Source: Polyangiaceae bacterium (GTDB taxonomy: Bacteria; Myxococcota_A; Polyangia; Polyangiales; Polyangiaceae). Taken from it: a stretch of DNA of 64,000 bases. The notes beneath the pieces are model-generated. The model saw only the letters and a list, made by a program, of their open reading frames with translations, did not search any database and was not told the origin of the DNA. Shown here in pieces: positions 19,440 to 29,023 of this stretch (position 1 is its first letter; the number at the start of each line of letters is the position of its first letter). The position numbers and the translations under genes were made by a program. The stretch spans positions 87,816-151,815 of the forward strand of contig JANRKO010000062.1 in the NCBI GenBank assembly GCA_033763455.1. Direction: 5' to 3'.

Positions 19440-19912
19440 GCCTCACCTAGCGGGCGCTGATTCGGTGCGAACACGGTCAAGGTTGCCTTGGCAACCACGA
19501 GCTCGTTGTGCTCCACCTTGCCCAGAAACTGCGACCCCTCCGCTCCTCCCCAGACGTGGCTCACGGTTACTAGAAGCTCTTGCCCCACCTCAAAATGATC
19601 CACAAAAAGATCCAGTTGCCTCACTCCCACGAGGTATCCGATGCGCGGTCGGGGCAAGGCGCCCGCCCCTGCCGCTTCGAGCGATGAAGTATTCGCCGTA
19701 TCTCCCGGATGCAGCGTTGCGTGGGCCGCGACGCACTGGGCCATGTACTCAAGTGCAACAACAGCCGCGACACGTCCGTGCCGCATGAACGGAGACGTTT
19801 CCGTGAGCCGCACGAACGAAGAGGTGCTCTGGGCGTCGTAACGGCAGAGTCTATCCAAGAGCCGCATAGGCGGTTGGTGGGGGAGCAGCGCGTCGATCAG
19901 GGGGAGGCTCAC
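19436..19912 (-). CDS. Hot-dog 3-hydroxyacyl-ACP dehydratase (ApeP-like)
   Basis: LLPHQPPMRLLD, LEYMAQCVAAH, GYLVGVR. GTGA overlap with the upstream stop. Confidence 0.85.
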   Translation of the reverse strand: MSLPLIDALLPHQPPMRLLDRLCRYDAQSTSSFVRLTETSPFMRHGRVAAVVALEYMAQCVAAHATLHPGDTANTSSLEAAGAGALPRPRIGYLVGVRQLDLFVDHFEVGQELLVTVSHVWGGAEGSQFLGKVEHNELVVAKATLTVFAPNQRPLGEA

Positions 19913-20646
19913 TGGGGCACGAGACAGTACTCGGTTGGGCCCGCTTCGTTCAGCGAAAAAGCATCCCTTGGCGCACGCCCGAGCCACCCCACCAGATCGC
20001 GTAGGGGTTCGCAGGGATTCGCATCGAGGGGTCTATGTTCGGAGAGCCCCATAGCGGCCCGCGGTGAGCGCTCCACCGTGAACCGAAGTGCTTCGGGGGG
20101 AGCACTCCTGGCGGGCGAAAATGCGAAAGCCGCCGCGAGGGGAGGGGAGCTCGGGCCAGAGTGAACCCTCGGCGGCGAGCCCTCATCCCCCAGCACAAGC
20201 AGCAGTTCCGCGTCGTAACAAGCCATCCACGCGGCTGCCTCCACAAACCCCATCGCCACGGTTTCTCTGCCGGCGGCCAAAGATGTTGAGAATCTGGGAT
20301 TGTGATTGGCAATCGAGAGCTGGCCAGCTGAGGCATTGTGCACGCTCGTTTGGAAACGTAGCGGTGAAACCTCGCTTTTAGGAGCCCCCAGCCCCTCCAG
20401 GAGCTGGATGAGCCGCTCCATCTCGCCAAAGGCTGAACCGTAAATAGTGGCGACCTCGCTCAAGGAGAAACGCGCAGAGCGTGCGGCTTTTTCGACAACC
20501 TCCGCGAACATCAACGTGAGCAGGCTTGCGCGGCCTCGTGCCCTCGCACCCAAGAGTGCCGCTCCTGGCCCGACACTCGCGTCGGCGCTCGGCTCCCAGA
20601 ATCCAACGCCGACCAAACACAGAGCCTGGCCGATAACGTCAGCCAT
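19909..20646 (-). CDS. Ketosynthase chain-length factor (ApeC-like)
   Basis: Short KS N-terminal domain without the catalytic Cys: SAFGE, VSPLRFQTSVHNASAGQLSI. Confidence 0.85.
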   Translation of the reverse strand: MADVIGQALCLVGVGFWEPSADASVGPGAALLGARARGRASLLTLMFAEVVEKAARSARFSLSEVATIYGSAFGEMERLIQLLEGLGAPKSEVSPLRFQTSVHNASAGQLSIANHNPRFSTSLAAGRETVAMGFVEAAAWMACYDAELLLVLGDEGSPPRVHSGPSSPPLAAAFAFSPARSAPPEALRFTVERSPRAAMGLSEHRPLDANPCEPLRDLVGWLGRAPRDAFSLNEAGPTEYCLVPQ

Positions 20647-21832
20647 TTTGGACCCTCTCGAAAACCAGACTGATGTTGCTGCCGCCGAAGGCAAAGGAGT
20701 TACTCAGTGCATAGCGTGAAAGAAACGGCGTCGCGCCATGGCTCACGCGGATATTGAGCTCGCTTTGGCCCGGCATGCTACCGAGGCTAGCCGGCGTTGA
20801 GCCTTGCTCCAGCGCTGCAACGCAAAAAGCAGCCTCGGTGGCGCCAGCGGCTCCCAGTAGGTGCCCAGTGTAGCCTTTGGTGGAGGCAACCCATGGCTCT
20901 TTGCCGAACACACGTGCAATCGCGAGAGCCTCGGCCGCATCGTTCAAGGGTGTTCCGGTGCCGTGCGCGTTGATGTAACCAATCGCAGCCGGGGTGAGCC
21001 CAGCCTGTAGCAGGGCCGCCCGCATGGCTTGCTCAGCGCCTCGCCCTTCTGGTTCCGGGGCGGAGAGGTGAAAAGCGTCGCTCGTTTCGCCACTGCCCAC
21101 TAGTGCAACGGCTGCGTCTCCGGTGCGCTCCAGCAACAACAAGGCACCACCTTCACCCAGGCTGGTGCCATCGCGGGTATCGGCAAATGGCCGGCAATTG
21201 GTTTCGGAAAGGATACCCAAGCCGTGAAACCCAAATAGCGTCAGTTCACTCAAAACATCTACTCCCCCAGTAAGCACTGCGTCTACCACTCCTGCATGCA
21301 GGAGGCGTTGCGCGCTGGCCAACGCCTTGGCGCTGGAAGAACACGCTGTGGAGACCATCCAAGCGGGCCCTCTCAGACCCAAAGCCTCCTTTAGCAACTC
21401 CGCTGTTGCCGATAAGCTGTGAGTGTTGAGAAGAGAGTAGCCCCGCGGTAGCGGTTTTTCTGCCGAAGCAGAGCGGTAGGCTTGTTCCGTTTCCAAGAGC
21501 CCACCTGTGGAGGTTCCTAGCACCACCGCTACTCGATCGGCCCCCCAGCGTTGTGTGGCGCGGGCGATTCCGGGGCGGATAGATTCAGCTAACATCAGGG
21601 CGAGCCGGGCTATGCGTGATTCCCAGCGTTCCATGCCTTGAGGCAACGGCGGCAGCAGTTCTTGTAATTCACCTACGCGGGTTTCAAACGGAAGCGCGAA
21701 CCGCGTGGGAGCGCCAAGACCGCTTTGACCGAGAGCAAGCTTCGACAGCACTTCTGTGCGCGTGGTGCCAAGGGCATTGCAAAGCGCGTAGTCGGTGCAA
21801 AACGCGGGCGCGATGGACCTTGCTAACGGCAT
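20639..21832 (-). CDS. Beta-ketoacyl-ACP synthase (ApeO-like)
   Basis: LGTSTGG, STACSSSAK, INAHGTGTPLND, GHLLGAAG, SNSFAFGGSN. Confidence 0.92.
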   Translation of the reverse strand: MPLARSIAPAFCTDYALCNALGTTRTEVLSKLALGQSGLGAPTRFALPFETRVGELQELLPPLPQGMERWESRIARLALMLAESIRPGIARATQRWGADRVAVVLGTSTGGLLETEQAYRSASAEKPLPRGYSLLNTHSLSATAELLKEALGLRGPAWMVSTACSSSAKALASAQRLLHAGVVDAVLTGGVDVLSELTLFGFHGLGILSETNCRPFADTRDGTSLGEGGALLLLERTGDAAVALVGSGETSDAFHLSAPEPEGRGAEQAMRAALLQAGLTPAAIGYINAHGTGTPLNDAAEALAIARVFGKEPWVASTKGYTGHLLGAAGATEAAFCVAALEQGSTPASLGSMPGQSELNIRVSHGATPFLSRYALSNSFAFGGSNISLVFERVQNG

Positions 21833-21857
21833 AGCGCCCGGAGGCGTACCACAAATG

Positions 21858-22889
21858 CTACCAGCCGACGCCGACCTCCAGGGCAAATTCAGTGGGGTAG
21901 TTCGCTTTGGGTTTAGGCCGACTCGGTGAGAGCCCTGTTACGGGATCGGGAAGCTCCGGGTAGTAGTAGTCTTGATCGTCCCGCCATGCGAGCACGTTCT
22001 GGGCGAGTCGAAAATCGACATATAATCGGCTAGAAGACTGCCGGAAGAACATCAAGCCCGCCTGCCCGTAGAGAGCCAGCGCTACGGGCCCGTCCATATG
22101 CGACCTCAACACGATTTGGGGCATCACCCCAGCGCCGACGTACGGTGAAACGTCGTTATTTCGAAGGTAGTAGCTCCCGCCCAGCTCGCTATACAGGCCG
22201 CCCACGCTGCCGGCGCTGCTGCCGGAGTCCGATGAGCCGCCGCCGCTCGGAAGTATGATACCGGCGCCGACTTCGAGAAAGTAGGTTTCCCCCTCAAGGC
22301 GCGCGTCGAAACCACCGCTCAAGGTGGGGTTGTAGTCTGGCGAAGAACCGAAGTTCTTAAGATATGTGTAACGCGTCTTTACGCCGATCACTTTTTCAAC
22401 GAACAGGCGATTGCGCTTCTGGCCTTCGCGTTCTGTGATCGAATCCAGAGTACGGGTTGTCTCCGGGGATCGTTGTTGATAGACGGCGGTGCTGAGGCGT
22501 GTGGCGACGGGCTCGAGATCATCGAAGGATGCGGCGGTCATGCGGGCGTGGAAGATTTGCTTGCCGTCCCATGAAAAGCGCGTGGCGCTGATAATGATTC
22601 GACTCGACAAACGTGTGGCTTTTACCACTAGGTACTCGGCAGCCCGCTTGGACCGCGCCAAGTCTGAGTAGCTTTCAGGGGTACCATCCGCCTTTGGCGC
22701 AGGCGTTGCGCGCAGCACCTGTTGATGGCTCGCCTCAGCGTACGCATCGGCAAACACAGCGCCGACGGCTTCGCCCTCTTCAGGAGTTATGTTGGCGCGC
22801 TCCACGGGCACTAACAGGACTTCCGCCTGCGCTGCTGGGGCTAACACGACTCCCAACACCACCAACCACCAACCTAACCAAGATTTCAT
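21858..22889 (-). CDS. Secreted protein, probable outer-membrane beta-barrel with N-terminal periplasmic domain
   Basis: Signal peptide (AQA|E), alternating beta-strands (SPYVGAG, YVDFRL) and C-terminal EFALEVGVGW ending in an aromatic residue. Stop lies 25 bp before the KS start. Confidence 0.65.
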   Translation of the reverse strand: MKSWLGWWLVVLGVVLAPAAQAEVLLVPVERANITPEEGEAVGAVFADAYAEASHQQVLRATPAPKADGTPESYSDLARSKRAAEYLVVKATRLSSRIIISATRFSWDGKQIFHARMTAASFDDLEPVATRLSTAVYQQRSPETTRTLDSITEREGQKRNRLFVEKVIGVKTRYTYLKNFGSSPDYNPTLSGGFDARLEGETYFLEVGAGIILPSGGGSSDSGSSAGSVGGLYSELGGSYYLRNNDVSPYVGAGVMPQIVLRSHMDGPVALALYGQAGLMFFRQSSSRLYVDFRLAQNVLAWRDDQDYYYPELPDPVTGLSPSRPKPKANYPTEFALEVGVGW

Positions 22890-22934
22890 AAGCCGCTATC
22901 TCCCGCCTCTTTTGAGAGGCTTACAGCTTAGCGC

Positions 22935-22951
22935 AGCACATTCTGTGCCAG
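22935..22951 (-). promoter_or_regulatory. Sigma54 (-24/-12) promoter candidate
   Basis: Minus strand CTGGCACAGAATGTGCT gives GG-N10-GC and matches TGGCAC-N5-TTGCW at all but one base. It lies ~45 bp upstream of the ATG at 22889, which has a GGGAG RBS. Confidence 0.6.
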
Positions 22952-23094
22952 CTAGAGGCCTCCGTTTTCTCTGCAGATACACCGCGTTTTTGAGCCGCGC
23001 GCGCAGAGGCAAGGGTGGGCTCTCCGCGAGCAGGCACGACTCGAATGTCGTGGGAAGTAGCAAGTCGAACGGGTTTACAGGATGCAACGGCGGG

Positions 23095-24150
23095 TTATGG
23101 GGGCAAACAACCAACGCGCTGGTTGTTCAACACTATGTCATCCAGATAGAGATCGGTGGCGTGGTCGACTGAGCTGAAGAGATAGAGTCCGAAAGCAATT
23201 TCCTTAAAACCATCGGTCCAGTCGTTCTCTGTACGAGTTTTGGAGCCTCGGCTTACGCCGTCGACCCAAACCTCGATTTCGCCAGGACGATCGTTAAAGT
23301 GCCATTCGATACAGGACCATTGGTTCACTGGGTATTTCGCGGTTCCGACCCCGATATCTTCACCCTTGTTGGGGCTCCAGAACGTCAGCTGCCAGCCACC
23401 GTCGTAGTTTCCCAGTTCGAGGTGTGCGGTGCCGTCCATGATCCCCCCTGAAACGAAGACGGTGTGCGACGGCGGGCCAGCTGGCTCGAGGCGGAAGTAC
23501 ATGCGACCATAGGCCTCGCGATCCAGCGCTGGGTAGGTTTTGCTTTCACTGATGTAAGCATGGGCTTTACCCGGGTCCATATGAAAATGCGCCGCGTGCT
23601 GCCCATGAGCCACCTTGGAGCTTTGCAGTGCAACCGATCCATTGTTTGAATGTTGGGTCCACACCGTTGGGTCTAGTGTTCCGCTTTCAAAGTCTTCGCA
23701 GAGGATCGCCGAGCACGCTATCGAGCCTCCGTCCGTGCCACCAGTACTAGCGCCGCCGGTCATGTTGGACTGCCCGCCGGGTGGCTCGTTGTTAACTCCG
23801 CCTCCTGACGAGGGTGCGCCGCCGGCGCCGAAGCCCCCGCTCGAGCGCCCGCTCAGCCCAGCGTTGTTGACACCACCCGATGCAGCGCGGCCGCCGGTGC
23901 CACCCGAACCTAAAGAGCGGGCCGATGGCGCGCCACCGCTGTTCCCCGTAGCTGTAGCCATTCCCGCGGATGCCACGCGGACGACCCGTGGCGTCCGTGA
24001 ATTGGTGACGTCACTCGCCGAGCACGCTCCCGTGGCTCCCGAGCATGTACCAACAAGGAATAGCGACGTGAGGGCGCGAGGCACGTGCCTGGTGGCGCGT
24101 GCGATCCTTGGGATCGCATGGGCGGAGCTCGCTGTGTTGATGGTTACCAT
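23095..24150 (-). CDS. Secreted/lipoprotein with Gly-rich linker and Cip1-like beta-sandwich domain
   Basis: C-terminal domain CEDFESG...VAHG...YGRMYFRL...HTVF...HLELG...WSCIEWH...IEVWVDG...YLDDIVLNNQRVGC follows the motif order of fungal Cip1. Start uncertain. Confidence 0.65.
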   Translation of the reverse strand: MVTINTASSAHAIPRIARATRHVPRALTSLFLVGTCSGATGACSASDVTNSRTPRVVRVASAGMATATGNSGGAPSARSLGSGGTGGRAASGGVNNAGLSGRSSGGFGAGGAPSSGGGVNNEPPGGQSNMTGGASTGGTDGGSIACSAILCEDFESGTLDPTVWTQHSNNGSVALQSSKVAHGQHAAHFHMDPGKAHAYISESKTYPALDREAYGRMYFRLEPAGPPSHTVFVSGGIMDGTAHLELGNYDGGWQLTFWSPNKGEDIGVGTAKYPVNQWSCIEWHFNDRPGEIEVWVDGVSRGSKTRTENDWTDGFKEIAFGLYLFSSVDHATDLYLDDIVLNNQRVGCLPP

Positions 24151-24324
24151 GGGTGGCTGGTGGCGCGAGTAGTACACAGGGGGTCAACGAAGGCCGCGGC
24201 CATCAGCTTGTCAGCTGTAGCGTATACAGATTAACCTCATGATAAGCGGGAAGCTTCCCGGATCTCTCTTCCAGGGTGAGGCGCAGGGTCAAAAAAACGC
24301 GAGAACGCCTGTTCCGGAACAAAA

Positions 24325-26142
24325 GTGAACCACCCTGCGAGGGTCGGGCTACTAACTCCCGTGCGCCATTGTTCCCCCCTTCTTGAGAAGCCGTTCTGGT
24401 GTTCGGCGCCGCTAGCAGTTGCCTGCGGCGTCGTAATTTTCGTCATTGGCTGCACCGGCCAGATCCCTGACAGAGCCGGTCCGACCGAGGTCGGCGTCGG
24501 TGCTACCCCGCCGGGGTCCGGTTCAGGTGGCAACCCACCAGGCACCGTGCCTTCGGGCTCCGTAGGCATGCCTGGTGCCGCGGGGGCCACGGGTGGTGGG
24601 GCGAACATGGCCCCATGCGCGCCCGGTGCTGTGGTGCCCCTCCGTAGAATCACAGCTAAGCAATATGCGGGGAGTGTCAGGGACTTGTTTCGCGATAAAA
24701 TTGCCCCCAGCGCAGCGTTTCCTGCGAGCGCCGTTTCGATCTCGCTGAGTGGCTTCAGTACAGATCCAGAATCCAACACTGTCACCCAGCTCGCTGCCGA
24801 AGATATCTTGAAGGCTGCCGAAGACACCGCGGTCGAGGTGGCAACCAAGCTCACGGATCTTTTGCCCTGCGCCGCCAGCACGCCGGATATCGCGTGTGCC
24901 GGTCAATTCCTCGACGATTACGGTGCGCGGGCACTAAGACGCGGGTTAACGTCTGAGGAACGCTCCAGTTTGCTCAAAGTGCATACTGGTTTTTCCGCGA
25001 ACGGGTTCGACGTGGGCATTGCGGCAATGACCGAAACCTTGCTGCAGTTGCCGCAGTTTCTATACCTGGTCGAAATCGGACCGAGCGACGCTCCCTCAGG
25101 AGCTGTGCAGCTCACGCCGGACGAAATTGCAACACGCTTGTCGTACTTGCTCTGGGAAACACTGCCCGACGACAAGCTGACCTTGGCGGCGCGTTCCGGC
25201 GAATTAGGCACGCCCATGGGTATTCGCGCACAAGCTCTACGATTGCTCTCGGACGCTCGAGCCACGGGGACGATCCAGCGTTTCTTTCGTGAATGGACGA
25301 ACTTCAAACAATTCCCCGCGAGCTCCAGGACGCCGCTTTATCCGGGCTTTTCTGAGATGCTTGAGGCTTCTATTCAGGCGCAGTTTGATGAATTTGCGAG
25401 TGAAAGCGTCCTTGGGCCCGATCCTTCCCTGGAGCATCTCTTCACAAGCAGCTCATTCCCCGTAGATGCGGAGCTCGCGAAGTTCTACGGGGTTGCTCAG
25501 CCTTCCGCGCCGGGGTTCTCAAACATGTCTCTCGGTGCCCCCCATGCGGCGGGTGTATTGGCGCTTCCGGCGCTCCTGGGCGGCTTGTCGCATGAGACGG
25601 TCACAAGTATCATTTTTCGCGGAAAATTCGGGTTAACTAAGCTGCTCTGCACTGATTTGCCGAGTCCGCCCGCAGGAGCTGCGAGCCAGGTACCCATGTT
25701 GCCCGCTGATGCGACTACACGACAGAAATCCGAAGCACTTCGTGCCAATCCTACGTGCGCGGCTTGCCACCATTTGATCGACAACGTGGGGCTCGGGTTT
25801 GAAGATTTTGACGCCATCGGCCGGCACCGCACACAGGATGCCCTTGGCGGGCCTGTGGATTCCCTCGGTCAGTTGCCGAACGGGGTGGCTTTCAACGGAG
25901 TCGCCGAGCTCGGTGCGCTATTGGCAAAAGATCCTGCAGTTGAGCAGTGTTTGGCCAAGCAGTGGTTTCGATTCACGTTCAGTCGGCGCGAAGCTGAAGC
26001 CGATTCTTGCACGCTTACAAGCCTACAGAGTGCCTTGGGTGCGCCTGGGCACTCTCTGAAGGAGCTCATGCTGGCGATGGTCTCGCAGCCTGCGTTCTCC
26101 AACCGTTTCGTGCGAGATACTGCTACCGGAGGTACCCCGTGA
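24325..26142 (+). CDS. DUF1592/DUF1588-family mono-heme lipoprotein (copy 2)
   Basis: Lipobox VIGC, LRRIT..QY..SVRDL, LQLPQFLY, EIATRLSYLLW...PD, CAACHHLIDNVGLGFEDFDAIG. Confidence 0.9.
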   Translation: MNHPARVGLLTPVRHCSPLLEKPFWCSAPLAVACGVVIFVIGCTGQIPDRAGPTEVGVGATPPGSGSGGNPPGTVPSGSVGMPGAAGATGGGANMAPCAPGAVVPLRRITAKQYAGSVRDLFRDKIAPSAAFPASAVSISLSGFSTDPESNTVTQLAAEDILKAAEDTAVEVATKLTDLLPCAASTPDIACAGQFLDDYGARALRRGLTSEERSSLLKVHTGFSANGFDVGIAAMTETLLQLPQFLYLVEIGPSDAPSGAVQLTPDEIATRLSYLLWETLPDDKLTLAARSGELGTPMGIRAQALRLLSDARATGTIQRFFREWTNFKQFPASSRTPLYPGFSEMLEASIQAQFDEFASESVLGPDPSLEHLFTSSSFPVDAELAKFYGVAQPSAPGFSNMSLGAPHAAGVLALPALLGGLSHETVTSIIFRGKFGLTKLLCTDLPSPPAGAASQVPMLPADATTRQKSEALRANPTCAACHHLIDNVGLGFEDFDAIGRHRTQDALGGPVDSLGQLPNGVAFNGVAELGALLAKDPAVEQCLAKQWFRFTFSRREAEADSCTLTSLQSALGAPGHSLKELMLAMVSQPAFSNRFVRDTATGGTP

Positions 26143-27533
26143 GCCAACGTTCCTCAATTCTTCGGCGTGAATTTCTACGTGGCGCAGGCGGCGTTGCCAT
26201 TGGTCTGCCGTTCCTTTCGCAGACTCAACGTTCGGTTCAAGCAGCTCCAGGGTCTCATCCTCAGCGGCTGGTGGTAGTTTTTCACGGCGAGGGCACCATG
26301 CTTGATCGCTTCACACCCACCTCTGTGGGCTCCAACTTCGAGCTTTCGCCGCTGCTACAACCCCTAACCACCCACAAGCAGAAGCTCACGGTCATAAGTG
26401 GGCTGGATAACAAGGTTGCCTCAGCCATGGGCGGCAATGGTCACAACAAGGCTGGCCGCTCCATCGTTACCGCTCAAACGTTTTCCAACGCACCCAATGG
26501 CGGCGGGGATAACGGGGATGCCAATGGCCCTTCCATTGATCAAGTAATTGCTAGCCGTATTCAAGAGGCTACAAGGCTAAAATCTGTTGGCCTCGGTATT
26601 TCATGCTCTGGGGTTGGCGAGTATCAGATCTTCTACGCGGGCAAAGACGATCCTGTTTCACTCCAAAACAATCCACTCACGGCATTCGACAGCCTTTTTT
26701 CGAGCTTACCCATGGGTGGCGCGCCGGCCCCCGCTCCCACGCTCACGCTTCGCGACCGCTTGCGGGCAGGGCGTGGCAGCATTTTGGACACTGTGGCCCA
26801 GAATTTTGATGCTCTGGTGAAGCGCGTCGGCAAAGAAGATAGAGACCGCCTAGTGCTACACGCCGAAAAGATCCGCGAGCTCGAGCGCCTTTCGAGCAGC
26901 GTGAGCATGCCACCTTCACCGGGTGCTGCGTGTGGCCGGCCTGACCTCGGGTTGGCGCAGGGGTTCAACGTGTGCGATGCCGATCAGGAGCCGCTAGTTG
27001 CCAAGGCACAAATGAAGAACGCCGCAATGGCACTTGCCTGTGATGTCACACGGGTCGCGACCGTACAATTCACCGATTACGATAGCCCTCGCTTTAGTTT
27101 TCTCGGCAAAGGGATCCCTGGGGATTATTCGAACTGGCACGCGATGATCCATCGTGACGGTGGCCTGAAGCCCGGCCGTGACGACATGGTGTTTGCAGGC
27201 ATGAGCTACTATTCATCGCAAGTTGCCCTGCTTCTGGATGAGCTAGCAGCCATCGACGACGGTGACGGCCAGACGTTGCTCGACAATACTTTGGTGCTGT
27301 GGATTAGTGAGTTTGGAGAAGGTGGGAGCCACGATACCAGTCAAATTCCGGTAGTGTTAGCCGGCGGCGCGGGAGGCAAATTGAAAACAGGGCAGCACCT
27401 GAGCTTCGCCAACCAAAACCGAACCACCAATGATCTTTTCGTAACTATGCTCAACATATTCGGCGGCACCGATACGAGTTTTGGATTTGGCGGTAGTGAT
27501 CTGAACAAAGGGCCGCTGCCCGGAATCGCCTAG
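26139..27533 (+). CDS. DUF1552-family protein with Tat signal (copy 2)
   Basis: LRREFLRGAGGVAIGLPFL, GPSIDQVIA, CDVTRVAT, LLDNTLVLWISEFGEGGSH. GTGA overlap. Confidence 0.9.
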   Translation: MSQRSSILRREFLRGAGGVAIGLPFLSQTQRSVQAAPGSHPQRLVVVFHGEGTMLDRFTPTSVGSNFELSPLLQPLTTHKQKLTVISGLDNKVASAMGGNGHNKAGRSIVTAQTFSNAPNGGGDNGDANGPSIDQVIASRIQEATRLKSVGLGISCSGVGEYQIFYAGKDDPVSLQNNPLTAFDSLFSSLPMGGAPAPAPTLTLRDRLRAGRGSILDTVAQNFDALVKRVGKEDRDRLVLHAEKIRELERLSSSVSMPPSPGAACGRPDLGLAQGFNVCDADQEPLVAKAQMKNAAMALACDVTRVATVQFTDYDSPRFSFLGKGIPGDYSNWHAMIHRDGGLKPGRDDMVFAGMSYYSSQVALLLDELAAIDDGDGQTLLDNTLVLWISEFGEGGSHDTSQIPVVLAGGAGGKLKTGQHLSFANQNRTTNDLFVTMLNIFGGTDTSFGFGGSDLNKGPLPGIA

Positions 27534-27535
27534 AG

Positions 27536-27901
27536 CTAACCTTTAGGCTTCAGCACTGACGCGTAAGCCTTCTCGTCGAAGCCCACGAGAACTTCGCGGC
27601 CGGTGTCCAATATGGGGCGTTTGATGAGCTTGCCGTCTTTGGCCAGCTCGGAAAATGCCTCCGCCTCACTCATGGTCTTCAGGCGTTCCTTGAAGTTGCC
27701 CGCTCGGTAGCTTTCTCCAGAGGTGTTGAAGAACTTCGCGATCGGAAGAAGGCTTCTCCGCTTCAGATCTTTGAGTACCGAGACGGACGGCGGCGTGAGC
27801 ACCAGATCGGTAGCGTCGGCAGCAATCTGCCTGTCCGAAAGCCATCTCGCGGCTTTTCGGCAGGTGCTGCACTTCGGATATTGGTAGAGCTTGAGAGCCA
27901 T
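27536..27901 (-). CDS. ArsC/Spx/MgsR-family thioredoxin-fold protein
   Basis: YPKCSTCRKA, FFNTSG..YR, LIKRPIL, VGF. Confidence 0.88.
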   Translation of the reverse strand: MALKLYQYPKCSTCRKAARWLSDRQIAADATDLVLTPPSVSVLKDLKRRSLLPIAKFFNTSGESYRAGNFKERLKTMSEAEAFSELAKDGKLIKRPILDTGREVLVGFDEKAYASVLKPKG

Positions 27902-27940
27902 AGCTGGAGCAGGGCGACCTTTCGGTGTGGAGTAGTAGCA

Positions 27941-29023
27941 CTATTTCTTCGGGCGCTCCAACCAACCGCGCAGATAGAAAAACCCTGTAAGCAACAGCGC
28001 CACGACAGCCATTAGACCCAGCGAGAACGGATAGCCGTAGCGCCAGCGCAACTCGGGCATATTCCAGGGGGAGCTTGCTGGGTCAAAGTTCATTCCGTAC
28101 ACACCTGCAACGAAGGTGAGGGGAATGAAGATAGTGGAGATGAGCGTGAGAAATCGCATCACGGAGTTGGTGCGATCCGCCGCGAGCGAAAGGTAAAGAT
28201 CCAGAAGGGAAGCGGCTAAATCGCGCTGGCTTTCTACGGTGTCGAGGAGGCGATTAGCGTGATCGTAGCAATCTCGCAGGTAAGGCAACGTTTCGGTATC
28301 GAAGAGCTGAAGGTCATTGCGCTGAAGGGAACTCACGACGTCGCGTGTTGGCCGCAAAATGCGCTTTAGTAGCAGCACCTGCTGTTTGGTTGCAAGCACG
28401 CGCTCGGGAGCGTCTTTGGTGAGGCGCTTGACGATTTGTGTCTCCAGGGAATCAAGCCGTTCGTCGAGCCAATCGCATATTGGAAAGTAGTGGTCGATCA
28501 CGGTGTCTACCAGGGCATACGCCAAATAATCTGCCTTCTTTTGCCTCAATACGCCGCGATTGCTCCGCAGCCTCTCGCGCAGAGCTTCCAGGCAATCGCC
28601 CGGACGATCTCCCTGAAAGCTGATCAAAAATCCGCGCCCCAGGAAAAGCGACAACTGCTCGGTAGCCAGGCTGCCAGAGGCTTCATGTAGCATGCGCATG
28701 ACCACGAATAAATGATCGTCGTAAGCTTCCACTTTAGGGCGTTGACCTAAGTTTACTACATCCTCCAGTGCCAAAGGGTGCAAGCCCAGTTGGTCGCGAA
28801 AAAACTCCAGCGTTTTGATGTCGCCGGGGCCGTCTAAGTTGAGCCACACCACCGGCCACTGTTTGAGCAAGTCTGGAATTTCCTGCACGTCTTCGAGCAC
28901 GCATTCGAGAAGGTCCGTTTCCGAATAGGCAAATGCCGTGATCTTCGAAGGGGTGTTGCCCACACAAGCATGAAAATCTCCAGCCGGGCGTGATTCACGA
29001 GCTTTGGTCTGGATGCGTTGCAT
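27941..29023 (-). CDS. corA: Magnesium/cobalt transporter CorA
   Basis: LHPLALEDV..QRPKVE, YLRDCYDH, PLTFVAGVYGMNF (GMN), MPELRWRYGY. Confidence 0.93.
   Translation of the reverse strand: MQRIQTKARESRPAGDFHACVGNTPSKITAFAYSETDLLECVLEDVQEIPDLLKQWPVVWLNLDGPGDIKTLEFFRDQLGLHPLALEDVVNLGQRPKVEAYDDHLFVVMRMLHEASGSLATEQLSLFLGRGFLISFQGDRPGDCLEALRERLRSNRGVLRQKKADYLAYALVDTVIDHYFPICDWLDERLDSLETQIVKRLTKDAPERVLATKQQVLLLKRILRPTRDVVSSLQRNDLQLFDTETLPYLRDCYDHANRLLDTVESQRDLAASLLDLYLSLAADRTNSVMRFLTLISTIFIPLTFVAGVYGMNFDPASSPWNMPELRWRYGYPFSLGLMAVVALLLTGFFYLRGWLERPKK

Noticed and set aside
27536..27901. Arsenic resistance operon
   Set aside because: A lone ArsC/Spx-family gene with no arsR, arsB or acr3.
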